Source of the DNA: an uncultured archaeon
GTDB taxonomy: Archaea; Aenigmatarchaeota; Aenigmatarchaeia; Aenigmatarchaeales; Aenigmatarchaeaceae
DNA: 55,310 nucleotides
Reading direction: 5' to 3'
Assembly (NCBI GenBank): GCA_964353745.1
Contig: CAYGWD010000003.1
Location: forward strand, 1 to 55,310
This document shows positions 27,612 through 36,416 of this stretch, in pieces (position 1 is the first letter of the stretch; every line of letters starts with the position of its first letter). Position numbers and translations under genes: made by a program. The notes under the pieces are model-generated. The model made no database searches, was not told the DNA's origin, and worked only from the letters and a program-made list of their open reading frames with translations.

Positions 27612-28409
27612 ATTATTAATGTTCTTAGAGATGATAAAGGAAGATTCTTAAAGGATTGCGACTCCTTAAGGAAGGGTGTTCATCTTAGCCCAGAAACGAA
27701 AAGAAGAATATCCGAAACGCAAAAAGGTAAGCACCATTCTACTTCAACTGAGTTTAGAAAAGGACTAGTGCCATGGAATAAAGGAATAAAATGGTGGACA
27801 GAAAATATCAGAAGAAAACAGATTGAATCCAAAAAAGGAACTCATTCAAGCGTAAGAACAGAATTTAAGAAAGACGATCCCAGACTGATTGGAAATAAAA
27901 TCAATATAGGCAGGAAACATACTGATGAATGGAAAAAAAGAAATGGTGAAATGTTAAAGGCTAGCTGGAAAAATCAAGAATTTAGAGAAAGGGTAATTAA
28001 TGCCATATTAACTGATCATAAAAGGAGAAATTTTGCAGAAATAGCAAGAGAAGAAATGAAAAAACGTTGGCAAAATCCAGAATATAGAGAAAAAATTACA
28101 AAGAAAATAATAAAGGGTTCGTTAAAAAGACCAACTTCTCTTGAACAAAAATTTATTGACATTATCCAGAAATACAACTTACCGTATAAATATGTTGGAA
28201 ATGGAAGTTTTCTTATTGGATTTAAGAATCCCGACTTCATAAATATAAATGGAGACGAGTCTTGTGTAGAAGTTGCCAACAGATATCACCACCAAGGAGA
28301 TTGGGCAATAAAAAGAAGGGAGCATTTTAAAAAATTTGGCTGGAACTGTGCAATTATATTTGAAGACGAATTGGATGAAAGTAAAATTATAAATGACTTG
28401 TGGTTCTGA
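27612..28409 (+). CDS. Free-standing homing-endonuclease-like protein: NUMOD3-like basic repeats plus C-terminal Vsr/DUF559-like nuclease; start uncertain (ATT 27612/27615 or GTG 27768)
   Basis: Frame open from 27570; RDDKGRFLK, HLSPETKRRISETQKG, TEFRKGLVPWNKG, GRKHTDEWK; C-terminal PTSLEQKF..NPDF..VEVANRYHH..FKKFGWNCAIIFEDEL. Confidence 0.75.
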   Translation: MINVLRDDKGRFLKDCDSLRKGVHLSPETKRRISETQKGKHHSTSTEFRKGLVPWNKGIKWWTENIRRKQIESKKGTHSSVRTEFKKDDPRLIGNKINIGRKHTDEWKKRNGEMLKASWKNQEFRERVINAILTDHKRRNFAEIAREEMKKRWQNPEYREKITKKIIKGSLKRPTSLEQKFIDIIQKYNLPYKYVGNGSFLIGFKNPDFININGDESCVEVANRYHHQGDWAIKRREHFKKFGWNCAIIFEDELDESKIINDLWF

Positions 28410-29368
28410 TGGAAGGAAAAATTTTGGTTACGGGCGCTACGGGTCGTATCGGAAGACATCTTGTTAACGCTTTATTAAAAAGTGACGAAAAGATAAGAGT
28501 TTTTATAAGAGACAGGATGACCGAATTTGAGAACGTTGAGATATTCTATGGCGACCTGATAGACAAGGAAGCCTTAAAGAAAGCTGTGGACGGGGTTGAC
28601 ACAGTATTTCATTTGGCGGCTGTCGTTGATTATTCTGCACCCGAGGATCGGATGTACCAAGTAAATGTAATAGGAACAAAAAATATTCTAGAGGTTTTCA
28701 AGGGAAAAAAGTTCATTTATCTAAGTTCCACAGCAGTCTTGGGCAAGAAACCTAAAATACCAGCAGACGAGAATACATCTTATAAACCATCAAACTTTTA
28801 TGGCAAGACCAAGATGGAGGCTGAAAAATTTGTGAGAGAAAACAATGGAATTATAGTAAGATCATCGGATGTCTACGGACCAGGCTTTGAAGAGGGTTAT
28901 TATTACATGTTCGATAAGCTAGAAAGTGGAAAAATGCCTGTTTTCGGCGATGGAAAAAACATAATACAATATGTTCATGTCAATGACTTGGTGCAAGCCT
29001 TGATTTTAGCCAAGGAACACGGAAAACAAAAAGAGATTTACACTATAGCCGGGAAGGACATGAAAACACAGAGAGAACTCTATGAGATGGTGTGCAAATA
29101 TTTGGGCGTTCCTTTTATGGAGAAGCACGTTTCAGCAGGCATGGCAAAATTCTTATCAAGCCTGAGAAGAGAACCGAAGTTCTTAAAAGAATACATAGAC
29201 AAACTCTCTTCCAACAGAACCTTTGATTTAACCAAAGCAAGAAACGAGCTTGGATTCGAACCTCAAATCGATTATGAAAAAGGCATTTCAGAAATGGTAG
29301 AAAATTACAAGAAATCAAAAGAACAGCAAAAACAAGTCACCGAAAAACAGGGTGAAAAGCAGAGTTAA
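28409..29368 (+). CDS. NAD-dependent epimerase/dehydratase (extended SDR)
   Basis: ILVTGATGRIG, FHLAA, YGKTK catalytic YxxxK, VYGPG; ATG at 28409 overlaps upstream stop. Confidence 0.92.
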   Translation: MEGKILVTGATGRIGRHLVNALLKSDEKIRVFIRDRMTEFENVEIFYGDLIDKEALKKAVDGVDTVFHLAAVVDYSAPEDRMYQVNVIGTKNILEVFKGKKFIYLSSTAVLGKKPKIPADENTSYKPSNFYGKTKMEAEKFVRENNGIIVRSSDVYGPGFEEGYYYMFDKLESGKMPVFGDGKNIIQYVHVNDLVQALILAKEHGKQKEIYTIAGKDMKTQRELYEMVCKYLGVPFMEKHVSAGMAKFLSSLRREPKFLKEYIDKLSSNRTFDLTKARNELGFEPQIDYEKGISEMVENYKKSKEQQKQVTEKQGEKQS

Positions 29369-30130
29369 CGGGAATACGATACCGTATCTTATGCCCTCTC
29401 TTATAACAACATACTTCTTCGTTTTTTTAATTTTCATAACCTGTTCCTTTGTCAGACCTTTGATGTATTTTTTGTAAAGTCTCAACCTTGGTATGTCCTC
29501 TCCTAGCATGTCATCAACCTTTAGTTGGCTAACAGGAATTTTTCTGTAAAAAGCCTGCTCGATTATCTTTGAGAACTTGTAAAATACGAATAAAATAAAG
29601 ACCAGCAAGAATAGCAGGGAAAACAATAGGTTAAAGTTCAAGGATATGATTGATAGAAGTAGAGGAACTAGGGCAATTGAAAAGGTCACAGGATTTTTAA
29701 AACTGCCAAAGAACTTCTTACTCAAGCTAGGATTCCTGTATACAAAATAGAAAGAAAATATAATCGACCAGAAAGCTCCTATGAAAAAGCTGTTTATGAA
29801 AAAGCTTAATGCAAATGGAAAATAAGTTTTTACTATTGAAAGTTTAGGAAGTAACACTCCTAAAGCAACTAATAATTCGCCATCTCCTCCTCCCCACTGA
29901 CTCGTATAGTACATTAACAAACCAAACCCTAGGAATAGACCACCGAATAAAATAGAGTTTATGAAATAAGAAAAGTCATTTGTGAATACCCCTGTTAAAA
30001 AGTTTAGTATTAACCCAATTATTATCATAAAGATACAGAGTTTGTCTGGAACATTGGTTGTCTTCAAATCGTATAAGCCAGCAGCAAAGCTTCCAATCAA
30101 AGCAATCGCGGTTAATAGGAGTTCAAGCAT
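29315..30130 (-). CDS. Prepilin/prearchaellin peptidase (A24, PibD/FlaK/EppA-like)
   Basis: YDLKTTNVPD and WGGGDG aspartate motifs, multiple TMs, C-terminal cytoplasmic insert KGLTKEQV..VVIREGIRY. Confidence 0.85.
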   Translation of the reverse strand: MLELLLTAIALIGSFAAGLYDLKTTNVPDKLCIFMIIIGLILNFLTGVFTNDFSYFINSILFGGLFLGFGLLMYYTSQWGGGDGELLVALGVLLPKLSIVKTYFPFALSFFINSFFIGAFWSIIFSFYFVYRNPSLSKKFFGSFKNPVTFSIALVPLLLSIISLNFNLLFSLLFLLVFILFVFYKFSKIIEQAFYRKIPVSQLKVDDMLGEDIPRLRLYKKYIKGLTKEQVMKIKKTKKYVVIREGIRYGIVFPLTLLFTLFFGDLFLLFF

Positions 30131-30168
30131 AATTTATATTTTGAGGATTAATATATAAAAGTGAAAAA

Positions 30169-30903
30169 ATGGATAGAATAAACAAGGACAGCCTGATTCT
30201 TTTGCTTGGCAAGAAAACTTATTTAATCAGGCCAATCAAGTTCAGCTGCGAGTTTGGCTTTTGCGACCTGAGGAAATTGATTGGCAAGAGATACGGAGCA
30301 AGGGTAAAGATCGGAAAAGAAAGGTTCACTGTCGTTAAGCCTAACATGATTGATTTTCTCAAGAAAGCAAAGAGAGGACCACAAATAATAATGCCAAAGG
30401 ATTCTGGATCGATAGTGTCAATAACAGGATGTTCGCCTGGCTGGAAGGTTGTTGACGCGGGAACAGGATCAGGATTCTTATCAATGTTCCTAGCTAACCT
30501 AGGTTGCACGATATACACCTATGAAAGGAAAAAAGAATTCTATGACATCGCTAGAAAGAATGTAAAGAACTTTGGCTTGAAGAATGTCTTTCTAAAGAAT
30601 GCTGACATAACAAAAGGAATAAAAGAAAGGAATGTGGACTTGGTAACGCTAGACATGCAGAATCCGGAAAAGGTTATAAAACATGCTTTCAAGTCCTTAA
30701 ATTCTGGCGGATGGTTAGCGATATACTCTATGCACATTGAAGAAGTCAAGAGAGTTTATGAGGAATTGAAAAAATATGATTTCGTTGACATAAAGATTTG
30801 GGAGAACATTCAAAGAGAATGGCAATCCTTGGGTAAATTAACCAGGCCTAAAAACTATATGCTCGCCCACACTGGTTTCTTGACTTTTGCGAGAAAACTA
30901 TAG
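30169..30903 (+). CDS. trmI: tRNA (adenine-N1)-methyltransferase TrmI (GCD14 family)
   Basis: KRGPQIIMPKD, VVDAGTGSG, LDMQNPE, TRPKNYMLAHTGFLTFARK. Confidence 0.93.
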   Translation: MDRINKDSLILLLGKKTYLIRPIKFSCEFGFCDLRKLIGKRYGARVKIGKERFTVVKPNMIDFLKKAKRGPQIIMPKDSGSIVSITGCSPGWKVVDAGTGSGFLSMFLANLGCTIYTYERKKEFYDIARKNVKNFGLKNVFLKNADITKGIKERNVDLVTLDMQNPEKVIKHAFKSLNSGGWLAIYSMHIEEVKRVYEELKKYDFVDIKIWENIQREWQSLGKLTRPKNYMLAHTGFLTFARKL

Positions 30904-31302
30904 CACACCTCTTTTGTTCATCTCTTCTATCGCCCATGCAGCGCTGTCAACCAAATTTAGATTCTTAACTTCGTCTATTGCGAAATACCTTGCCTCCAAG
31001 ACCTTATCGGTTTTTGTTATCTTATCGTTCAAGGGCTCTGCTATGAAAAAGAATATTACAGTATGATAATCAAAGCGCGGACGAATTATTTCCTTGAAAC
31101 CTAGCAATTCCTTTATCTCTACGTCCAGACCTGTTTCTTCTTTGACCTCGCGTTTTGCAGCCTCCTCAATAGTCTCCCCGAATTCCACACCACCGCCAGG
31201 AAATATCCAGTGCTCTTTCAAGTCCTCTAGAATTTCTTTTATTAGGAGTATTTTGTTGTCTTTCCTAAGAATGATTCCCGCTATGACTCTAGGTTCTTTC
31301 AT
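30898..31302 (-). CDS. NUDIX hydrolase
   Basis: Nudix box GGGVEFGETIEEAAKREVKEETGL; start moved to ATG 31302 because the longer ORF overlaps tRNA-Pro. Confidence 0.9.
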   Translation of the reverse strand: MKEPRVIAGIILRKDNKILLIKEILEDLKEHWIFPGGGVEFGETIEEAAKREVKEETGLDVEIKELLGFKEIIRPRFDYHTVIFFFIAEPLNDKITKTDKVLEARYFAIDEVKNLNLVDSAAWAIEEMNKRGVL

Positions 31303-31313
31303 AAAATCACAAA

Positions 31314-31388
31314 TGGGCCCCCGGAGATTTGAACTCCGATCGCCAGCTCCCAAAGCTGGAATACTAAACCAAGTTATACTAGGGACCC
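31314..31388 (-). tRNA. tRNA-Pro(UGG), no intron, CCA not encoded
   Basis: GGGTCCC/GGGGCCC acceptor stem, anticodon arm CCAGC-TTTGGGA-GCTGG, T arm CGGAG-TTCAAAT-CTCCG. Confidence 0.95.
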
Positions 31389-31410
31389 TTAAGAAAAATT
31401 ATAGAAGTAG

Positions 31411-31420
31411 ATTATTTAAA
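31411..31420 (-). promoter_or_regulatory. TATA box of tRNA-Pro
   Basis: TTTAAATAAT on minus strand about 25-30 nt upstream of the tRNA 5' end. Confidence 0.55.
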
Positions 31421-31431
31421 CATTAAAAACT

Positions 31432-31505
31432 AGCCTCGAGCGAGAATTGAACTCGCGACCTTCTGCTTACCAAGCAGACGCTCTACCAGACTGAGCCATC
31501 GAGGC
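31432..31505 (-). tRNA. tRNA-Thr(GGU), no intron, CCA not encoded
   Basis: GCCTCGA/TCGAGGC acceptor stem, anticodon arm TCTGC-TTGGTAA-GCAGA, T arm GCGAG-TTCAATT-CTCGC. Confidence 0.95.
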
Positions 31506-31530
31506 ACACATAATAGAATTAGATAATAAT

Positions 31531-31538
31531 GATTTAAA
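31531..31538 (-). promoter_or_regulatory. TATA box of tRNA-Thr
   Basis: TTTAAATC about 26-33 nt upstream of the tRNA, preceded by a purine-rich BRE-like stretch. Confidence 0.5.
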
Positions 31539-31832
31539 TTACTTTTTACCTTTTAATTTCCCGACTTTTACAGCTTCTCCGCATTTAGGACATTTTACTG
31601 TAAATCTAATTTTTGCTGCTTTAGAAACCTGTTTCCATTCTTGAGTGTCATAATTATAAGTCCCGCATTTGGGACAAATCAATTCTGTATGGATTATATT
31701 CTCTCCTTTTATTACCAAGGCCCTGACTTTTCCATTGTTCTCCAGAGCTCTCAAGGTGTGATAATCGCAGTCCGCAGCAGTGAGTTTCTTCTCTGCTATT
31801 ATTTTATCGATCTTATCAAACATGTTCGTCAT
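31539..31832 (-). CDS. Small Zn-ribbon protein
   Basis: Two CPKC motifs (LICPKCG ... VKCPKCG). Confidence 0.8.
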   Translation of the reverse strand: MTNMFDKIDKIIAEKKLTAADCDYHTLRALENNGKVRALVIKGENIIHTELICPKCGTYNYDTQEWKQVSKAAKIRFTVKCPKCGEAVKVGKLKGKK

Positions 31833-31886
31833 ATAATAAATACCATTGACAAATTTAAATGTTTTCTCTTCTTAAGACATAAAACA

Positions 31887-32609
31887 ATGAACACAGAGTT
31901 AACAGACTATCATAAGAACATTATCAGAGAATCCGACCATCTGATTGCTGACCTAGATGGCACTTTTGTTAGAGGTAGGATTAGCTATTCATCGTTTGAC
32001 TTGTTGAAAAATTTAGCTTGGAAAGGTAAAGTTATTGATTCTTTGAAAGGATTAGCTGAAGGCATAAGAATCTATTTTAAAACTCCTTGGGGAGAATGGG
32101 AAGCTGAAAATTGGGGCTTGAGAGCTTTGCACAGAGTTCTAGAAGGCTCGGAAATAAGCGAAGAAGAAATAAGAAAATCTGCGAAAACATACTTGGAAAA
32201 AAGACAGATATCAGGAGCAAAAGATTGCTTCGATGCCGTTAGGAGTTTTGGCAAAAAGAAGAAGACTTTGCTAGTAACTAGAGCGCTTTATCCCTGGTCT
32301 AGCGAGGCAAACCGTTATTTGAAGTTTGACGAATATATTAGCAACGTTATAAAGTTCAAAGATAATAAAGTTGACGAAATCCAAATAACTATGGAAAAGC
32401 CTGAGGACAAATTTAGATTGATTAGAGAAAAAGTTAGAAATACAGGAAATTCTGTAATGATTACCAACAACCCAGAAGATCTCCAACTTAAACCCGAACT
32501 GGCCCTCATTATATCAAGCCCTACTTCAAACGGTAGATTAAAAGAAGAATCGCATCTGCATATATCTAACTATGAAGAGTTTAATAAAGCCCTGTCAAGA
32601 AAGCAATGA
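31887..32609 (+). CDS. HAD-superfamily phosphatase (SerB/type IB-like)
   Basis: IADLDGTF motif I, LLVT motif II; ATG at 31887 chosen because the longer ORF overlaps the Zn-ribbon gene. Confidence 0.78.
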   Translation: MNTELTDYHKNIIRESDHLIADLDGTFVRGRISYSSFDLLKNLAWKGKVIDSLKGLAEGIRIYFKTPWGEWEAENWGLRALHRVLEGSEISEEEIRKSAKTYLEKRQISGAKDCFDAVRSFGKKKKTLLVTRALYPWSSEANRYLKFDEYISNVIKFKDNKVDEIQITMEKPEDKFRLIREKVRNTGNSVMITNNPEDLQLKPELALIISSPTSNGRLKEESHLHISNYEEFNKALSRKQ

Positions 32610-33390
32610 TAGCAACGAGCATCGCAATCTTCATTATCTTCTGTGATTTTGACGGATTAATCAATAAGATAAAGCATGAAAAAACAAAGATCAAGTCAGC
32701 GAAAATTACTAGAAACAGATAATTTATGCTTAGCAAATTGAAGAGATACGGTATGAAACTTATTATAATGGAAAAAATTATGAAAAAGATTGCAACCCAC
32801 GCGGCAAATAGCCTTCCAGTTACAATAGAAAGGGTTTTGGCACCAGCTTTCTTATCGCCCTCCATATCCTCTATTCCCTTGGTTATCTCTCTTCCTAGAG
32901 TAGCTAGATAAGACATTGAAAACAGGAATAAAATAGTTGCATTTAAATTAACAAACAGAGCCCCAAACAAAAAAGCAGAAGATGTTAACCAACTAACCAC
33001 AAAATGTCCAAAGGGAGTTCTTTTAATTTTCCAAGCATAAAAAAGTGTTATGGTTATGTTAGCAAGAGCCAACAACGTCATGTAATAATTCAGGAACAGC
33101 ACTGCCAAAACGACAGCCAAAGCGTATAATGTCGCTGCATAAATAGCTGCATTCCTTCTTTTCATTTTTCCTGCTGGCAAGACTCTATTTGGCTTGTTTA
33201 TTCTATCAATCTCATAGTCATAGTAGTCGTTAGTTACGTTGCCTGCCCCGCTGACCAGAAAAACTACTAGAACAGCTATTAGAATTTGAAAGGGTTGATA
33301 ATAACCGACTATCAGGGAACCGACCAAAACTGCAAATGCTGATAGAAATACGATTGAAGGCCTTAATATTTTCAAATAAGAAAGCATCAT
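32581..33390 (-). CDS. UbiA-family prenyltransferase, probable digeranylgeranylglyceryl phosphate synthase (DGGGPS)
   Basis: GNVTNDYYDYEIDRINKPNRVLPAG, GREITKGIEDMEGDKKAGAKTL, multiple TMs. Confidence 0.85.
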   Translation of the reverse strand: MMLSYLKILRPSIVFLSAFAVLVGSLIVGYYQPFQILIAVLVVFLVSGAGNVTNDYYDYEIDRINKPNRVLPAGKMKRRNAAIYAATLYALAVVLAVLFLNYYMTLLALANITITLFYAWKIKRTPFGHFVVSWLTSSAFLFGALFVNLNATILFLFSMSYLATLGREITKGIEDMEGDKKAGAKTLSIVTGRLFAAWVAIFFIIFSIIISFIPYLFNLLSINYLFLVIFADLIFVFSCFILLINPSKSQKIMKIAMLVAIIAFLTGLY

Positions 33391-34388
33391 AATCTTCTCC
33401 CCGATTCATTTATGAACCAAAGATGCTTATTACCATCATTTGTTTTTATTTTATCTAGTAATCCGAACTCTTCTAACTTATTTAAGTGATCTATTGCTAT
33501 AGTCCAACTTACCCCTAATTTATCTCGTATTTCGCTGGAACTGTCAAATCCAGCTCTAACCAAACATAAGGTTTTATACAAATTTCTATCTACAATTTTC
33601 TTTTCTAAAAGTTTTTTCTTTTTAGAGTGATTAAAATTTACATTCTCATAAAATTTCAAAGTATTAAAAAAAACACTATATTTGTTACCGTTTCCTAGTA
33701 TCAAATCATAATCATTTTTTGCATTGCATCTTATTCTGGATTCTATATTAATTTTGTTAATCAATAGTGATTTAACTCCTTTAAGCAATTTTAATGACGA
33801 TGAAGTTAATTTTGGTGGTTCATGACTTGAACAACCATCAGTGTCAAATAACCCTCTTATATAAGCTTTTACGAAATCTTTTTCTAGATTAAACATAATG
33901 GATGGTACTTTTGCTGTATTAGAATGACCTTTTTTACCAAAAAGACTCTCTAATATAATTTGTACTACTTTAGGCACATAATGAAAATTTTTCATTTTTT
34001 CTTGTCTAGTTTTAATTTTAAAATTTTCATAAAGAAGCTCATCAAATATTTTTACCAAAGTTTTATTAGAATTATAAAATCTACAAACTCTTAATACGGA
34101 ACCATCTCCTGTCAACAGACCGTATAATTCGCATAAATTAGAATTTATGTTTATTTCAAAAGGTATTTCAATAATTTTAGAATTCCCGCTTCTTAACTTA
34201 ACCCTGTTAAATACAAGTTGTAATTTAATTTTATCTTTCTCCGATAGATTAGCATATGTTTCGTTAAAACGCCACAGAGCTATTGAATTACGAAAAATCC
34301 TCAAGTGAAAACTATTCCTAAGAAAACGTTTTTGGATTTCAGTTAGCACAATAGATAAAAATTTGTGAGCAATGCTCACTATTTTCAT
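33387..34388 (-). CDS. Free-standing LAGLIDADG endonuclease-like protein with C-terminal winged HTH
   Basis: LYGLLTGDG and YIRGLFDTDG; C-terminal SSEIRDKLGVSWTIAIDHLNKLEEFGLL; no intein splicing termini; ATGA overlaps at both ends. Confidence 0.85.
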   Translation of the reverse strand: MKIVSIAHKFLSIVLTEIQKRFLRNSFHLRIFRNSIALWRFNETYANLSEKDKIKLQLVFNRVKLRSGNSKIIEIPFEININSNLCELYGLLTGDGSVLRVCRFYNSNKTLVKIFDELLYENFKIKTRQEKMKNFHYVPKVVQIILESLFGKKGHSNTAKVPSIMFNLEKDFVKAYIRGLFDTDGCSSHEPPKLTSSSLKLLKGVKSLLINKINIESRIRCNAKNDYDLILGNGNKYSVFFNTLKFYENVNFNHSKKKKLLEKKIVDRNLYKTLCLVRAGFDSSSEIRDKLGVSWTIAIDHLNKLEEFGLLDKIKTNDGNKHLWFINESGRRL

Positions 34389-34561
34389 ATCTTTCTCTCC
34401 TTACTTTTGAGACGAAGGTCCTTTGAATAACATTTCCTGCACTTTACTTTGCCCAACTTGACTTTCCTGTCATCTGCCCTAATCTTAGCATTACATCTCA
34501 TGCAAACATAGACTCTGTCATATATTCTCTTTGTCACAGCCTCAATCTTTGTTTTAGGCAT
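34385..34561 (-). CDS. rpl40e: 50S ribosomal protein L40e (58 aa; below ORF-track cutoff)
   Basis: Manually translated MPKTKIEAVTKRIYDRVYVCMRCNAKIRADDRKVKLGKVKCRKCYSKDLRLKSKERKI. Confidence 0.9.
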   Translation of the reverse strand: MPKTKIEAVTKRIYDRVYVCMRCNAKIRADDRKVKLGKVKCRKCYSKDLRLKSKERKI

Positions 34562-34598
34562 GAAATCACTTGATAATATATGAATTAGATTTATAAAT

Positions 34599-36374
34599 TT
34601 ACCTAAACAACGATAGCAACCAATTGAAGAAGTCTATGAGAGGTTGGAAGAAATTCTCTATGGCATTCTTTTGTTCTACGACCGTCACAGTGTCAGACAC
34701 GGATGTTGAAAAATCAGGGGTGTTGACAAACACTTGGACAAGATTGTCATCAACGCTCTGCGGAGTGAAATTGAAAACAAAGTCTTTCGAGCCAGTTAAC
34801 GTATCTGAATATGAATCTCTCTTAAAAATAATTGTGATGCGCTGAGACGTGTTTAATAGGTTAACAACTTTTACCCTTATCAACGTAGGTTTTCCAACAA
34901 AAGCTGTATCATTGACGTCAAGAGACACCTCTATCGGCTCTACCAGAACAACAGATATGTTCTTTCTGTCCAAGTAGCCAGAGTTATAACTATAGACTTT
35001 AAAATCATAATTTGGTGCAGTGAACTTAGCTTTCTCATAACCGTACTCTCCATAATCAGTAAATATCTGAGAGTTCCTAGCATTAACTGAAAACGACTCT
35101 CCAGGCTTTAAAACATTTTTTTCAACAGACAATTTTGAATAGCCGTATCCTTTAGGGTTTAGAACCAATCTTGCAGTAGACTCTCTTCCAGCGTAGGGAA
35201 AGACCCTTATATCGCATCTATAACTCTTTCTCTCGTCAAGAGAAGGTATTTTGAAAATGGTAAAAACAGATCTCTTGTTGCAGAAATAAACTATGTTCTG
35301 AGGCTCTATTATGCTGAGGAAGTCATTGCCGTTTCCATCGTTGCAACTCTTGTACTCTACCCTTGTTAAAAAACAGCCGTTAGCCTTTAGGTCTGCTCTC
35401 ACGACAGTATAGTTAGCCCAAATGTTGTTTGATAATAAACTGGTTGTTACATTAATGAACGGCTCTTCTGTGAAATCAATTATCTTTAACTTTACATCAT
35501 TATCGCTTAATTTGACTTCTATGCTTCCCAATCCGTTGGCATTGACAGATGTAAAGGTCCAGCTGCTGTCAGGAAACGTGGCGAACTTTATATGAGTCGC
35601 GTCTAGATAGCCCACCTCGGACCAGACAGGATCAGCAACTATTCCCTTGTCTGCATAGACCTCGGTCCAACCATGAGGCTGGAATTCAGAGGCCTCATAA
35701 ACTCTTCCTGGATAAACATAACCAACAGCAACGGCAGAATGATATCCCAAGTCCCTTAGAAAGGAGACCAGAAGATTTGAAAACTCTTTGCAAACACCTT
35801 TTCTAACGCTCAGGATCTCCTTTGCAGACAGGTTCACGTCTGAATAGACCTTGTCATATTGTATGTTCTCTCCTATCCACTTTGCCAAATAGGACACTTT
35901 CTCAAAGTCATTTCCCCTTGCATTGGAAGCCATTTTAACAATCTCAGAATCCGAGGATTGAACAAGGCTTGTAGGCTCTATGAATTCTTTTAAACTCTTT
36001 TTTTCTATGTTCCCCCTTCTGGTCACATCAACAGTAGAATTAACAGTATAGTTAACCCTTCCGACAGGGTCTTTCCATTTTATGTTAAGCAGTCTATTTC
36101 CATAATTGTCAAGGATAAATTTGTAAGAGCAGAACTGAGTTTCGCATGGCCCGAAAGAATCTTGAACATTGAACTGTTCTATCCTCTGGTATTCATCTTC
36201 CTGAGGTATTGATATATTCAACTCGAGATTGTACACAGTTCCATTCGTGTCTATAAAACCCTTTTCTACTATGTTGACTCTCATCTCATTGACTATCTGG
36301 GGGTTCGTTATATTCTGTGCTGAGACTCTGATTGGCAGCAGCAAGAGGATCAGCAAAAATAACAGTCTTTTCAT
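34599..36374 (-). CDS. Secreted transglutaminase-like (Cys-His-Asp) domain protein
   Basis: Signal peptide; GVCKEFSNL, PHGWTEV, ADPVW triad; amphipathic C-terminus FFQPLIDFFNWLLSLFR. Confidence 0.85.
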   Translation of the reverse strand: MKRLLFLLILLLLPIRVSAQNITNPQIVNEMRVNIVEKGFIDTNGTVYNLELNISIPQEDEYQRIEQFNVQDSFGPCETQFCSYKFILDNYGNRLLNIKWKDPVGRVNYTVNSTVDVTRRGNIEKKSLKEFIEPTSLVQSSDSEIVKMASNARGNDFEKVSYLAKWIGENIQYDKVYSDVNLSAKEILSVRKGVCKEFSNLLVSFLRDLGYHSAVAVGYVYPGRVYEASEFQPHGWTEVYADKGIVADPVWSEVGYLDATHIKFATFPDSSWTFTSVNANGLGSIEVKLSDNDVKLKIIDFTEEPFINVTTSLLSNNIWANYTVVRADLKANGCFLTRVEYKSCNDGNGNDFLSIIEPQNIVYFCNKRSVFTIFKIPSLDERKSYRCDIRVFPYAGRESTARLVLNPKGYGYSKLSVEKNVLKPGESFSVNARNSQIFTDYGEYGYEKAKFTAPNYDFKVYSYNSGYLDRKNISVVLVEPIEVSLDVNDTAFVGKPTLIRVKVVNLLNTSQRITIIFKRDSYSDTLTGSKDFVFNFTPQSVDDNLVQVFVNTPDFSTSVSDTVTVVEQKNAIENFFQPLIDFFNWLLSLFR

Positions 36375-36416
36375 AAGATTTATTAATCTTCTATAAATAA
36401 TATTACTTGTGCTTAT

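Noticed and set aside
29315-29368. 54-nt convergent overlap of epimerase and prepilin peptidase genes
   Set aside because: Low-complexity tails in a compact genome; similar short overlaps occur at 30898-30903 and 32581-32609
31303-31426. N-terminal extension of the NUDIX ORF and the + strand 110-aa ORF (31094-31426)
   Set aside because: Both overlap tRNA-Pro; the NUDIX fold begins at MKEPRVIAG
31314-31505. tRNAs as integration sites or intron-containing/split tRNAs
   Set aside because: Both fold as contiguous 74-75 nt cloverleaves; no duplicated 3' end or integrase seen nearby
31641-31886. N-terminal 82 codons of the 322-aa ORF
   Set aside because: Antisense to the Zn-ribbon gene; the HAD motif starts shortly after ATG 31887
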